Below, piece by piece: positions 19,551 to 29,592 of a stretch of 64,000 nucleotides of DNA. The stretch comes from Nitrosopumilus sp. (GTDB lineage: Archaea > Thermoproteota > Nitrososphaeria > Nitrososphaerales > Nitrosopumilaceae): positions 103,366 to 167,365 of the forward strand of contig CBDBCE010000004.1 in the NCBI GenBank assembly GCA_965203315.1, in the 5' to 3' direction. A program made the position numbers and the translations under genes. The first letter of the stretch is position 1. Every line of letters begins with the position of its first letter. The notes under the pieces were generated by a model that did no database searches, was not told the origin of the DNA, and saw only the letters and a program-made list of their open reading frames with translations.

Positions 19551-20411
19551 GTGAAATTTCTCATTGGTATCCTTGTTACAGTATCTCTTATTGGAGTTAT
19601 AGGTCTAGTCGATAACGCTGAAGCAGAATCATATCAAGAAGTAGATTTAGGATTGATATTGTCTACTTGTAATACAAAACCAATAGAACTAACTTCAAAG
19701 TTCATTCACTTAACAAATCATACTGACATATACATTAGTAATCTAAATTCTCATAGTTTTCTTAGAAATCACTATGAAGGAAAGGAAACTGAAGGACTAA
19801 AAAACATACAAACGGAAAGACCAAATCAACATTGGCGTGATAGTGAAAGGATAATAATAATAATTTCTGAAGAAGCTGTTTATTGGGATATTGGATATTA
19901 TCATAATGATAGTAATTACAGACATTCGTATTGTGAAAGAACTTATTATGACAAATTTGGAAATTTAGGGAATCAAACTAAAGAACATTATGAATATTAT
20001 GGAGATTATGAAATAAGCGGATTACTAAAACCTATAACATGGAACTTATCAGATGAACCTCAAATACAAAAACGGAACAAAATTAATGATGAGTATATCA
20101 TAAACCTGATAGCAAAAACTTTCAACTTGACACCAGATAACCAACCAGATAGAACAGAAACAGTATCTAATGAACAGATCCAGAAACTCAAAGACAAGAA
20201 CAAGGAACTCAAGAACAAACACCAAGCTTGTAATAATGATAAAGATAGAGTAGTATCTGAACTATCTGAACTGCAGTCTAGATTTACTATACTGGAAACA
20301 AACTCTAATCAAACTCAATCTCAACTGAATGAAGCCTTATTCACAATAGAGAAACTTACAACTCAACTGAATGAAGCCAAGAAAAAGATAGAGGAGTTAG
20401 AATCGCCATGA
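19551..20411 (+). CDS. secreted protein with an N-x-S/T-rich globular domain and a C-terminal coiled coil
   Basis: The GTG at 19551 gives a clean signal peptide, VKFLIGILVTVSLIGVIGLVDNAEA. The track start at 19494 would translate the poly-G run. The C-terminal 85 aa or so are heptad-like (QKLKDKNKELKNKHQACNNDKDRVVSELSELQSRF...). Confidence 0.7.
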   Translation: MKFLIGILVTVSLIGVIGLVDNAEAESYQEVDLGLILSTCNTKPIELTSKFIHLTNHTDIYISNLNSHSFLRNHYEGKETEGLKNIQTERPNQHWRDSERIIIIISEEAVYWDIGYYHNDSNYRHSYCERTYYDKFGNLGNQTKEHYEYYGDYEISGLLKPITWNLSDEPQIQKRNKINDEYIINLIAKTFNLTPDNQPDRTETVSNEQIQKLKDKNKELKNKHQACNNDKDRVVSELSELQSRFTILETNSNQTQSQLNEALFTIEKLTTQLNEAKKKIEELESP

Positions 20412-21472
20412 AGGTTCTAATTTTGAGTCTTACTACAGTATTTACTATCATGCTATTTGGCATATCTGATGTATATGCAGATCATTCACTTAACTATCAA
20501 TCACATGGAACATTAGATGTTAGAATTAACAACTGTACTAGTTTTACCGTATTCGGAAATACAGATGAACCAAACCACCCTTTCCGTTTTGGATATGAGT
20601 TTTATGAATATCTTGGTAAAGATGACAACAACCAGCCTCATTTTATTAGCTATGAAGAACTTTCTAACTGGTCACATTCATTTTTTCCTAACAAAGATGG
20701 AAGTTTTGAGTTTACAGTATCAGTACCCATGACAAAGACTGTAAAGAATTATGGTTTCAATGAACGTACAGGTAATTGGGTTTCTACAAATACATATGAC
20801 ATTACACTATCAAAACTTTATCAAGGACATGTAGACTTATACTTTAGTCAAAGTCATTACAAACCACATAGATCAGATTTTGTAGTTGATAATACTATAT
20901 TTGATGTTATTGGTAATAGTACAAAAATAAATGTTAGAAACAACACAGATACAAATCAATTATGTTTCTATAAGATTACTTGCCCTTACAAATACTGTAA
21001 TTATCCAGATGATTATACAGAAGTTGAAAACACACCATCTATACAAGAACCAACTGCACCAAAGACCAAACTGCAGATAGCTAACGAGAATATCACAAAT
21101 CTTGAAACCCAGATAGATAAATTTGAAACCAAGAAAGATAAACTCAAAGGCTTAAAGGACAACTGGAAAGAGAAATTTAAGCAATGCAAAGATGATAGAA
21201 AGGATCTAAGAACTGAAGTTGAATCATACAAGTCTAAATTCAACACAATAGAATCTCTATACAACACAACAGAAACGCAACGATCAGAACTTGAGAGACT
21301 ATACACAGATTTAGATTTAGAACATGATAGAGTAAAACAAGAACTAGATGAAGCTAAAAATACCATATCTGGTCTATACTCACAATACTATGATTTACAA
21401 TCCATACACAACTCAACCTTGAATGAACTGAATGAACTTAGGGATCGAATGCAAGAGTTAGATTCTCAATAA
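20408..21472 (+). CDS. secreted protein with an N-x-S/T-rich globular domain and a C-terminal coiled coil (same architecture as the preceding gene)
   Basis: Signal peptide MKVLILSLTTVFTIMLFGISDVYA and a C-terminal coiled coil of about 130 aa (KEKFKQCKDDRKDLRTEVESYKSKF...). The start overlaps the upstream stop (ATGA). Confidence 0.75.
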   Translation: MKVLILSLTTVFTIMLFGISDVYADHSLNYQSHGTLDVRINNCTSFTVFGNTDEPNHPFRFGYEFYEYLGKDDNNQPHFISYEELSNWSHSFFPNKDGSFEFTVSVPMTKTVKNYGFNERTGNWVSTNTYDITLSKLYQGHVDLYFSQSHYKPHRSDFVVDNTIFDVIGNSTKINVRNNTDTNQLCFYKITCPYKYCNYPDDYTEVENTPSIQEPTAPKTKLQIANENITNLETQIDKFETKKDKLKGLKDNWKEKFKQCKDDRKDLRTEVESYKSKFNTIESLYNTTETQRSELERLYTDLDLEHDRVKQELDEAKNTISGLYSQYYDLQSIHNSTLNELNELRDRMQELDSQ

Positions 21473-21709
21473 CTACAATTGTGATCATAAATTATTGGTG
21501 GGGATTGACAGTTTTGCACAAGACTCAAAGTTATGCAATATATAAAATGGTCGTGTATCAATTATTATGAATTACTGTTGAATTGCATGATGTATGTTGC
21601 TTGAGATAGAATCATCACGATCCCAATCTCTTGCCAAGTTCAGACCCTAAGGTACACTAGACTAGTATTCCATCATGATTTTTTAAACAGAACTCTCTCT
21701 ATTGTAATA

Positions 21710-22201
21710 TTGGCTACTAGATCTCAAACATTGATTCCGATAATCATTGCTGCCGTGATAATTGGTATAGTTGGCTTGTACTCTATTCCGAGTGATACCA
21801 AACTAGAGTCTGTAGAATTTCCGCGAGGGACGATCCAAGTTGATGACATAACTTTGGAGGTTCAGATAGCAGACACCGAACCACGTCGAGTCCGTGGATT
21901 GATGTTTCAAGATGAACTGCCTCTAGATCAAGGAATGATCTTTGTCTTTGACGAACCCAGTAAATATTCGCTATGGATGTTAAACATGCAATTTCCATTA
22001 GATATGATCTGGTTTGATGAGGCTGGAAGAGTGGTCCATATTGAGCAAGATATTCCTCCATGTATTACGGTAGTAGAGATAGCATCATGTACGAGTCTTG
22101 CACCAAACTCTGATGCAAAATATATTCTAGAAGTCACAGCCGGTTTTGTCAAAACAAACAACATAACCCATGATTCTGTATTGGAGATTATATCGATCTA
22201 G
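21710..22201 (+). CDS. DUF192 domain protein
   Basis: RGLMFQDELPLDQGMIFVFDEPSKYSLWMLNMQFPLDMIWFDEAGRVV...KYILEVTAGF. Confidence 0.75.
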   Translation: MATRSQTLIPIIIAAVIIGIVGLYSIPSDTKLESVEFPRGTIQVDDITLEVQIADTEPRRVRGLMFQDELPLDQGMIFVFDEPSKYSLWMLNMQFPLDMIWFDEAGRVVHIEQDIPPCITVVEIASCTSLAPNSDAKYILEVTAGFVKTNNITHDSVLEIISI

Positions 22202-22298
22202 TGTGCGTCTACACAAACGACAGTAATTACATCTCTCTTGTGTCGATCTGCTAGAACTTTATACTCTGCTATATATTGGATAATATGAGTAGCGATCT

Positions 22299-23087
22299 AT
22301 GACAGATCCATATCTGCTTATCTTGATTGGATTTGTTTCTGGTATATTTGGTTCCATGCTGGGTCTAGGTGGAGGATCAATCAATGTGATGCTTCTTACC
22401 TTGTTAGGTGTCCCACCAACTACTGCTACGAGTAGTAGTCTCTTTGCAATTCTCGGAAACGCAACATCATCAACTGTATCATACGCAAAGCAGAAGCGAG
22501 TAGAGTTTAAACTTGGCATAAAGATGGGTTTGCTGGCAGTACCTGGTACAATAGTAGGTCCACTGATTCTAGCTAATACACATTATCAAGTATTTGAGAT
22601 ACTCTTTGCTATAGTGCTAATCTTGTCTGCATTGTATGTTGTATTGCAACGAGAGATGCATTCTAGACAAAAGTCAGAATCTCTGGCATTGATCATAATC
22701 ATTCCGATTGCGAGTTTTGGTGCTGGAATGATTGCAGCATTCTTTGGAATTGGTGGTGGAATAATCTTTGTACCTTTGATGATAATTGGACTGGGTCTAG
22801 GAATAAAACGAGCTGCACCTACATCTCAACTGATTCTTTTATTTACCTCTACTGCGGGATTTCTGACTCATCTTCTTTTAGATCATCCAGATCTATTCCA
22901 AGCAGGGTTTTTGATGGCTGGTTCTATTGCAGGTGGAATAATGGGGTCAAGACTGTCACTAAATATCAAAGAGCGATACCTTCGAATAATGTTTGCAATC
23001 GTACTCATCGTATCTGCAATTGAGTTGATGTTTGATGCGACTATTCATGTCTCTGATCTCTTGCGCGCATGGGTACTGGAACAATAA
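22299..23087 (+). CDS. TauE/SafE family sulfite-exporter-like membrane protein
   Basis: 262 aa, about 8 TM, with the repeated G-rich motifs GSMLGLGGGSI / FFGIGGGIIFVPLM. Confidence 0.75.
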   Translation: MTDPYLLILIGFVSGIFGSMLGLGGGSINVMLLTLLGVPPTTATSSSLFAILGNATSSTVSYAKQKRVEFKLGIKMGLLAVPGTIVGPLILANTHYQVFEILFAIVLILSALYVVLQREMHSRQKSESLALIIIIPIASFGAGMIAAFFGIGGGIIFVPLMIIGLGLGIKRAAPTSQLILLFTSTAGFLTHLLLDHPDLFQAGFLMAGSIAGGIMGSRLSLNIKERYLRIMFAIVLIVSAIELMFDATIHVSDLLRAWVLEQ

Positions 23088-23118
23088 ACAACAATAAATG
23101 ACAATATTTGACATATTG

Positions 23119-23550
23119 CTATCTCTTGAGCCGATAGATGTTCTTTCTTGATATGACTATTGTGGTATCGTCTCTAGTGCCCTCATAGTCTAGTACGATA
23201 TTGCCAAATGTATCATCGACGTTGATCTTGTCTGATACTGTGAACTTTATCTTTAACACCTCGTCTGTGTATAGAGGGTTGAGAAATCTGACTGATCTGT
23301 TACTCCATGCTTGATCCCCATCAACTCCTACTAGAACTATCTGGTTTCCATATATCTGACTCAGTCTGGTGAACTCACCTTCAATTCTTGCTAATATCGC
23401 TCTGCCTGGCACTATACGTCCATCTACATGGTTGTCCAGAAATGTATTCTTTATTCTTGAAAAATTCAGATATGTCTCTAGTTCGTTCTCTGATATACTA
23501 CATGTAGAGTGAAATGATTCGCCTATCTTAAATTCATCAAATCGTTTCAT
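23119..23550 (-). CDS. hotdog-fold (MaoC-like) protein
   Basis: 143 aa. FKIGESF...VPGRAILARIEGEF...FLNPLYTDEVLKIKFTV is a hotdog-like pattern. The start overlaps the stop of the upstream SDR gene (ATGA). Confidence 0.5.
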   Translation of the reverse strand: MKRFDEFKIGESFHSTCSISENELETYLNFSRIKNTFLDNHVDGRIVPGRAILARIEGEFTRLSQIYGNQIVLVGVDGDQAWSNRSVRFLNPLYTDEVLKIKFTVSDKINVDDTFGNIVLDYEGTRDDTTIVISRKNIYRLKR

Positions 23551-25310
23551 CTCGACTCATCGACGAGTATTACCTCAGACGAGTTTGTCGATCTATCTGA
23601 TACGATGTAATCGAACGCAGCTGCAACTCGTTTGTTGTCTATTTCGGCACCAGTGACCGATCCTTGAAGAAGTGTAAATACTCTGATCTTTGATCCTAGA
23701 ACGTCACTCAACTCTTGATTTATCGTTGTAGTGAATGGTCGTATTGCTCCTCTAAAGATCTCGATCTGTGCTCTTCGTGTTCCTGTAACCTTTCCAGCTG
23801 GTAGTTCAGGACCAATTATCAAGACTCTCCCAGTCGTCTCTTTGTATAGTCTAGGATCTATGCCGCCTCCTGGTACAAACTGCTCTAATGCCGATTGAAG
23901 TAGTGTCGCTGGCTTTGTGATGAACTTTTCTACTAGTCTATCCCATTCTGCTCTACTCTGAGATGTGATCGATGCAATGTCGGGCATCTTGCCTGTATCG
24001 TATATGACACATCTGATCTTACCTATCTTTGTACTTGCTGTGTTTAGCCATCTCTGCATCTCTTTTGGATCACCAGTATCGACCTCATGGCAATGAAATC
24101 TCTCACTGATGTATGCTCTAGCCTCATCTGGAGCAAGTTTGGATACAAAGAATACAATCTCCCCACCACACTCTTTAATGTGAGTCGCCAACTCTACAAC
24201 TCTATAAACATCTGACATGTCTGTAGGATCCACAACTAGAACTATTAAGTCACCTCCAAGTTCTGGTTTACGTGAAGTTGGTATAGTTCCAACATGTGGT
24301 TTCACTGGATAGAATACTCGATCACCTGGAATGACCTTTCCGTTGAGTATAGTTGCAATCTCTTCGTCACAAAGGTTTAGAATGGATTCTGCAACTTGGT
24401 CCTGTGAAAGAAATTCACGATTTGCAATCATGTGTGATGTGTTCTTTTGAATCTTTGCAGCAATGGTCTGAATCTTTGCAAGTAGGTTTTGTAGGGTCTC
24501 TGCAAACTTTGTCTGTTCGTACTCGCCCCCAAGATCTTTTGTTATTTCAGATATGCCTCTAGATATGACTTGTTCATCTTCACCTAATAACTCTAACAGC
24601 TGTTTGCTCGCCTTTTCTACCGTTGACGGCGACAGATATTCGAATCCACTAACTCGCATAAACTCTGCTGCTGCCTTGGGATACACCGTCTTGTATATAC
24701 GATCAGAGTGGACAGGACCTGGATTTGTTGCAATCGATACAACTCCTCGATCTACCAACTCCCATGACATTGCTTCTGCAAGTCTATTCTTTGCGCCTTG
24801 TGCAGCTGTATATGGACTACGAAATCGATACGGTCTCTGTTCTAGTGGTCTCTCTTCAGTAAAAAAGGTCGATATTGTGATTATCTTGTCTCCTCGTTCC
24901 ATGACTCGTAGCGCTTGAACAGATCCCCAAAATGTTCCAGTCAGATGTATTCCTATCGTACTCTTAAACTCTGAGAGATCTGCATTTGGAAAACACGTAA
25001 CAGGTCCTGAGACTCCTGCATTATTTATCATATAGTTTACTCGAGTATTGTCTTGTTTGAGTTTATCAAACATTGCACTCATTGCTGACTCGTCACTCAC
25101 ATCGACATTGGCAAATATTTGTACACTGGCATTACTCTTTACATCTCTTATTATCTGTTCTAGTATCGCTGCAGTATCTTGTAATGGCTCACGACGTCGA
25201 CCCAAAATTATTATGTTTGCCCCATTTTCGGCAAACTTTTTTGCAATGGCCTGACCTATTCCAGTTCCACTTCCTGTAATCAGTGCAGTCTTGCCTTGGA
25301 ATTTTAACAT
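23547..25310 (-). CDS. two-domain short-chain dehydrogenase/reductase (catalytic SDR plus pseudo-SDR), resembling one half of bifunctional malonyl-CoA reductase
   Basis: 587 aa. N-terminal GKTALITGSGTGIGQAIAKKF, NNAG, then ISTFFTEERPLEQRPYRFRSPYTAAQGAKN and NPGPVHSDRIYKTVY. A second Rossmann-like block (DLIVLVVDPTDMSDVYRVVELATHIKECGGEIVFFV) lacks a glycine-rich loop. Confidence 0.6.
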   Translation of the reverse strand: MLKFQGKTALITGSGTGIGQAIAKKFAENGANIIILGRRREPLQDTAAILEQIIRDVKSNASVQIFANVDVSDESAMSAMFDKLKQDNTRVNYMINNAGVSGPVTCFPNADLSEFKSTIGIHLTGTFWGSVQALRVMERGDKIITISTFFTEERPLEQRPYRFRSPYTAAQGAKNRLAEAMSWELVDRGVVSIATNPGPVHSDRIYKTVYPKAAAEFMRVSGFEYLSPSTVEKASKQLLELLGEDEQVISRGISEITKDLGGEYEQTKFAETLQNLLAKIQTIAAKIQKNTSHMIANREFLSQDQVAESILNLCDEEIATILNGKVIPGDRVFYPVKPHVGTIPTSRKPELGGDLIVLVVDPTDMSDVYRVVELATHIKECGGEIVFFVSKLAPDEARAYISERFHCHEVDTGDPKEMQRWLNTASTKIGKIRCVIYDTGKMPDIASITSQSRAEWDRLVEKFITKPATLLQSALEQFVPGGGIDPRLYKETTGRVLIIGPELPAGKVTGTRRAQIEIFRGAIRPFTTTINQELSDVLGSKIRVFTLLQGSVTGAEIDNKRVAAAFDYIVSDRSTNSSEVILVDESR

Positions 25311-25384
25311 CGATATCTTGTCCTGATCCTTGTGATATTTATCTTACACTTATCTTTATTTGTGGGGTGATTATAATACCATTG

Positions 25385-25618
25385 ATGCATGATTCTGAAT
25401 CTGATACTTTTGTATATCAGACATGGCCAGAAAAGTTTGCTACAATGCTTGATGATATTGGAGTGGAGTCTACTCCTATGGAGATCGGCTCTGATATAGA
25501 GCGTGGTGAATATTATTCTAGATATTTTGCACAGACACCTAGAATGGTCACAAACAAGGGCTGTCTTGATATTAAGGGCACCAATATAGACGCGGTTCAG
25601 ATCATACAAAAGGGGTAA
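25385..25618 (+). CDS. hypothetical protein (77 aa)
   Basis: The Met at 25385 (MHDSESDTFVYQTWPEKF...) avoids overlap with the SDR gene. The track ORF starts at 25283. Confidence 0.4.
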   Translation: MHDSESDTFVYQTWPEKFATMLDDIGVESTPMEIGSDIERGEYYSRYFAQTPRMVTNKGCLDIKGTNIDAVQIIQKG

Positions 25619-25622
25619 TGAT

Positions 25623-26000
25623 ATGCAGCAGATAGATCCACTTCCTTGGGGCGCTCTGGATAGATATCAGGCACACTTTATTGTAAGACGAGATCCAGGT
25701 AATGATCACACTACCTTTCTCACAAAGACTGAACTGACAACGCAAGGTCACTTTGGCTCAAAACAACTGCTCTCAGTTAGATGGAGTGGTGGTGGCAAAC
25801 TCGCATCGCGTCTCAACGATGACACTCAACTCTGTGATATGATCCTACAGCAATCTCTAGATGCTGCAAAGATGTACATAGAACCCACTGATAATGTGAT
25901 ACGCATTCATGGCACATGGAGTAACCATCTTGCTTTTGGTATCTCTCGTGAGCTCTATGAGATTTATGATCGTATAGCCGGTCACATAAAGTCAATCTAG
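25623..26000 (+). CDS. hypothetical protein (125 aa)
   Basis: Track ORF starting 4 nt after the previous ORF. No family recognised. Confidence 0.5.
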   Translation: MQQIDPLPWGALDRYQAHFIVRRDPGNDHTTFLTKTELTTQGHFGSKQLLSVRWSGGGKLASRLNDDTQLCDMILQQSLDAAKMYIEPTDNVIRIHGTWSNHLAFGISRELYEIYDRIAGHIKSI

Positions 26001-26530
26001 GCCTTCCACCAGTCTAGTGCCACAAGATCAACATCATTTGTTCGAGGTATCGCAAGTATGAACTGCTTTCTTACTGTTGTCGCAAGTCTTCCTGCCAAAA
26101 CTATCTCCGTAGATGTGATCTGATCTCTTCTACTATAAACTTGGACTAGATAAGGCGCGTGATCTATTCCTGGTCCTCTCTCGTATATTGCAAAATCACA
26201 ACCAAACTTTATTCCTGGATTTACAATATATCCCATATCTCTAAATTTTTTATAAACTTGATACTTTCTCTCAAAGTCGTGATACTCTTCCTTACACCTG
26301 TCGGTCATCTCTGATATGCTGACCTTTTTTCTTGAACTAGTTATGTTCAGTCTATTGTTTTCTAGTAGGTATAGTCCCTCGATTAAATCTAATACTAGAG
26401 GAACGTCAATCTCGTCAGGTTTTGGTTTTGGCATGCCAATCGGTTTACCATAATATCCATTGACGAACAATTCTTTTGCATCTTTTATGTTCCACACAAC
26501 TATGCGATTCTGTATAATCTCTCCTTTCAC
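25997..26530 (-). CDS. endA: tRNA-splicing endonuclease
   Basis: 177 aa. LLENNRL..., YKKFRDMGYIVNPGIKFGCDFAIYERGPG.DHAPYLVQV. Confidence 0.8.
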   Translation of the reverse strand: MKGEIIQNRIVVWNIKDAKELFVNGYYGKPIGMPKPKPDEIDVPLVLDLIEGLYLLENNRLNITSSRKKVSISEMTDRCKEEYHDFERKYQVYKKFRDMGYIVNPGIKFGCDFAIYERGPGIDHAPYLVQVYSRRDQITSTEIVLAGRLATTVRKQFILAIPRTNDVDLVALDWWKA

Positions 26531-26569
26531 AGATCAATCATATCACAATATGTATATGAACGATCGAGA

Positions 26570-27223
26570 TCAGAGACTTAGTGCTAGTAAGATAAACGAG
26601 TCTGACACACGTTGACACTTGTCTGCCATCTCTTCGATCCCTTCGACCACGTCTTTGATCAACATCAGTTCTTTGGTATTTGTTACTTCGGTTAGGATCT
26701 TTAATGTTACGGCGCGATATTTTATATCGATCTCGCGCTCAATCGTCTGTGTCTCTTGTGCAATCTTTATTGCATTTTCAGTATTTGTATTGAGGCTACG
26801 AATGATCTCATTTAGCTTGTATACTTCATCTACGACTAGTTCGATGAGCTTTGTTACATCCTGGTCTATTCCCGCATTCTTTAGCGTTGTTGGTTTTATG
26901 TTAGATAATTTGAACGATATTCCGGTAATGTAACCTGCAATCTCATCCATGGTATATGCCGTGTTTAATAGGTTCTCACGATTCATGATCAATCCTCCGA
27001 CATCGGCCACCTCGCGTGTGATCTTGCGACGCAATGTCTCTACTTCATCTTCAATCGTAGATATCTCTTTTAGTACGTTCTTTATGCCAGGTTTGTCGCG
27101 TTTCATCATCAGCTCTGGTAGTGTCCCAAGCTCCCTTGCCGCATTTAGTATTCTGTGAATCTCGTCTTGTAGAACTGCTATCGCCTTTCGTTTTGCTTGA
27201 ACCTCGAGCTCGCCACTATACAT
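26570..27223 (-). CDS. DUF47 / PhoU-like (TIGR00153-type) protein
   Basis: An all-helical protein of about 217 aa. ...AVLQDEIHRIL...EDEVETLRRKITREV...IEEMADKCQRVSD. The likely start is the Met at 27223. Confidence 0.65.
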   Translation of the reverse strand: MYSGELEVQAKRKAIAVLQDEIHRILNAARELGTLPELMMKRDKPGIKNVLKEISTIEDEVETLRRKITREVADVGGLIMNRENLLNTAYTMDEIAGYITGISFKLSNIKPTTLKNAGIDQDVTKLIELVVDEVYKLNEIIRSLNTNTENAIKIAQETQTIEREIDIKYRAVTLKILTEVTNTKELMLIKDVVEGIEEMADKCQRVSDSFILLALSL

Positions 27224-27265
27224 AATATAAGAGTTCAACAACCCTTTGGTAATTTAAATATATTC

Positions 27266-29038
27266 TCATCTCTGATCTTGGGAATCTTTGTTCTTGATCT
27301 TGGTTTGACCACTATACAGTGCAATGACTTCTTGATTCGTGGATGCATCTTCTGCTACTTTATCTTGGCGTATCTTTCCGGTAAACTTTGGAAACCGTAG
27401 TGCTAGACCAGCACCTCTTCGTATCTTGTCTTTAGCTGCCTGGTGTATGGGACTAAGTGTTATCTCTGATGCCACTATCTCGATTATAGTCGAAGGCTCG
27501 AACCAGACATCGGCTGGCATCTGGCTATCTATGCGTGGACTACGTTTGATGGTTACTTTTGGTTGCAGTACTTGATATATCTGATCCAAACTCTCGTCTG
27601 AGAATCCGGTTCCCACTTTGCATATGCTGGTAAAAGTATCCGAGTCATCATCGTACGTTGCAAGGAGTAACGTTCCATAAATTCCTGTGCGCCTGCCTTT
27701 GCCAAAAAATCCTCCAATTACTACAAGATCTAAACTATCGCCCAACTCGTTTCGATACTCTCGTTTTAATTTTAGCCAGTAACTGCCTCGAGAACCAGCC
27801 TTGTACGGACTATCTGGTCTCTTGAGCATCAATCCTTCACTGCCTGCATTGATCCCATTCTCCATAACCTCTTCAATCTCGCTCTTGCTATGTACTGTCG
27901 TCATGGACATGTGTCTTGCATATCTGTCTTCTCTTACCACTTTTGTCAACTTTGCACGTCTCTGATCATAACTCATATCTAGACAGCTCTTGCCATTGCA
28001 ATAAAGAATATCAAAAAAGTTGACACTGATTGGATATTGGGTTACAGCTTTCTCTATCTTGTATTTACGTTTTCTATGCATCAACTCTTGAAATGGTAGA
28101 AACTCGCCCGTGTCCTCATTTATGGCAACAGCCTCTGCTTCGAGAATTACATCATCTGCGTTGATCACTTGTGGAATCTTTTCAATAATGTCTGGATAGT
28201 ATCTTGATATGTTCTCTAGGCTACGTGAAAAGACGACTGCCTTGTCTCCCTTTATGTGAATTTGTACTCGTTCACCATCTAGTTTGTATTCTGCAGCAAA
28301 AGACTCACCCAATCTCTCGATTGCTTCATGTTCGTTCTTGACTCTGTCTGCAAGCATTGGTCTTATTGGATTAAACAGTGATATCTCAAAAGACTCGATC
28401 TTGGATATTCCGTGTTCTGCAATAATCTGTGCAACATGCCCAAGATCACTCGATACGTTATATGCATGCTCTAGTGCATCTCGATTACTCTTGTCGTCTG
28501 AGAATGCGATCGCAAGTGCATCCATGACTGTGTTTTCAGCAATCCCGAGTCGTAGCGTCCCTAAAAGCAACTTTAGAATGAAACTGGCCTCAAGTGGCGT
28601 TGCATCGTTTAGTAGACTAGTGATGTACTTTAACTTCATATCTTGCGAGCGTGTTCCTTCCAATCTCGCAATCTTGAATAGTGTTTCGTATACTCGCTCT
28701 ACTGTAATATCTTGTGCTAGAAATGTCGTCTGTGTCTTTTGTTCCAGGATCATAGCAGCCGCATGACCTAGATCTCCAGTATCTCGATATTTAGATTCGA
28801 TCTCAGATATTGAGGTGCCTGACGACTTTGCGATTGCTTTTATTGCAATCTTTTCAGCAACCCCCAACTCTATCCCTTCAAAGTCTGGTCGTATCTTTCC
28901 TTGTATCAGATAAACTATCTTTGCAATATTGTTTTGGGGAGTACTCTTGAAGAGCTGTACCAAATGTTGTGTCAACTCGAGTCTCTTTCTAGTTGACTCC
29001 ATCTTGCTAAATGAATCTGCTATTATGGAAAACTCCAT
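27266..29038 (-). CDS. lig: ATP-dependent DNA ligase
   Basis: 590 aa. Adenylation motif AEYKLDGERVQIH, plus EGLMLK and DLVVIGG. Confidence 0.9.
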   Translation of the reverse strand: MEFSIIADSFSKMESTRKRLELTQHLVQLFKSTPQNNIAKIVYLIQGKIRPDFEGIELGVAEKIAIKAIAKSSGTSISEIESKYRDTGDLGHAAAMILEQKTQTTFLAQDITVERVYETLFKIARLEGTRSQDMKLKYITSLLNDATPLEASFILKLLLGTLRLGIAENTVMDALAIAFSDDKSNRDALEHAYNVSSDLGHVAQIIAEHGISKIESFEISLFNPIRPMLADRVKNEHEAIERLGESFAAEYKLDGERVQIHIKGDKAVVFSRSLENISRYYPDIIEKIPQVINADDVILEAEAVAINEDTGEFLPFQELMHRKRKYKIEKAVTQYPISVNFFDILYCNGKSCLDMSYDQRRAKLTKVVREDRYARHMSMTTVHSKSEIEEVMENGINAGSEGLMLKRPDSPYKAGSRGSYWLKLKREYRNELGDSLDLVVIGGFFGKGRRTGIYGTLLLATYDDDSDTFTSICKVGTGFSDESLDQIYQVLQPKVTIKRSPRIDSQMPADVWFEPSTIIEIVASEITLSPIHQAAKDKIRRGAGLALRFPKFTGKIRQDKVAEDASTNQEVIALYSGQTKIKNKDSQDQR

Positions 29039-29048
29039 CTCTTATCCT

Positions 29049-29456
29049 TTAGATGTATTTGAAGATCGTTGGTTTATCTCTGTTTGACATGTCGGATACT
29101 AGGGCAAAATTATACAACGGGTAATCTCTTTTGTACTGTTTCATAAAACTCCATGCAACGTCATGTGTCTTGAACTCTGTTCTAATGCCATCTAGTATGG
29201 TAAATTTCCCATATGTGTCAAAGACTATTACGTTGTACTGTTTTGGGCGATTGTGTGGTTTTGCTCTGAGTAGCCACGCTAATGCAAATACAAAGACTGT
29301 GGCCAATACGACATACTCTCCTGCAACTCTGAAAAAGTCTAAAACTATGCTGGGAATGGTTTGACCAAATAACACTGCAACAAAGTTGGAGAAAGAGATC
29401 ACAGCCAATGCCGTAAATATGTATGTCTTCCAATCAAAGATCTTTTGAAATTTCAA
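29049..29456 (-). CDS. hypothetical membrane protein (135 aa)
   Basis: Two N-terminal TM helices. No family recognised. Confidence 0.5.
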   Translation of the reverse strand: MKFQKIFDWKTYIFTALAVISFSNFVAVLFGQTIPSIVLDFFRVAGEYVVLATVFVFALAWLLRAKPHNRPKQYNVIVFDTYGKFTILDGIRTEFKTHDVAWSFMKQYKRDYPLYNFALVSDMSNRDKPTIFKYI

Positions 29457-29592
29457 TTCGATTTTTGTATGTGTTGTTTTCTTTTAACTATTTCTCATAG
29501 GTGGTTCAGGTTGCACTATAAGGGTATCTAGAATATTTACACTAGATATCGTCTAAAATATCACTCGTCTCTAATCGTGACTAGTTGGTTAT

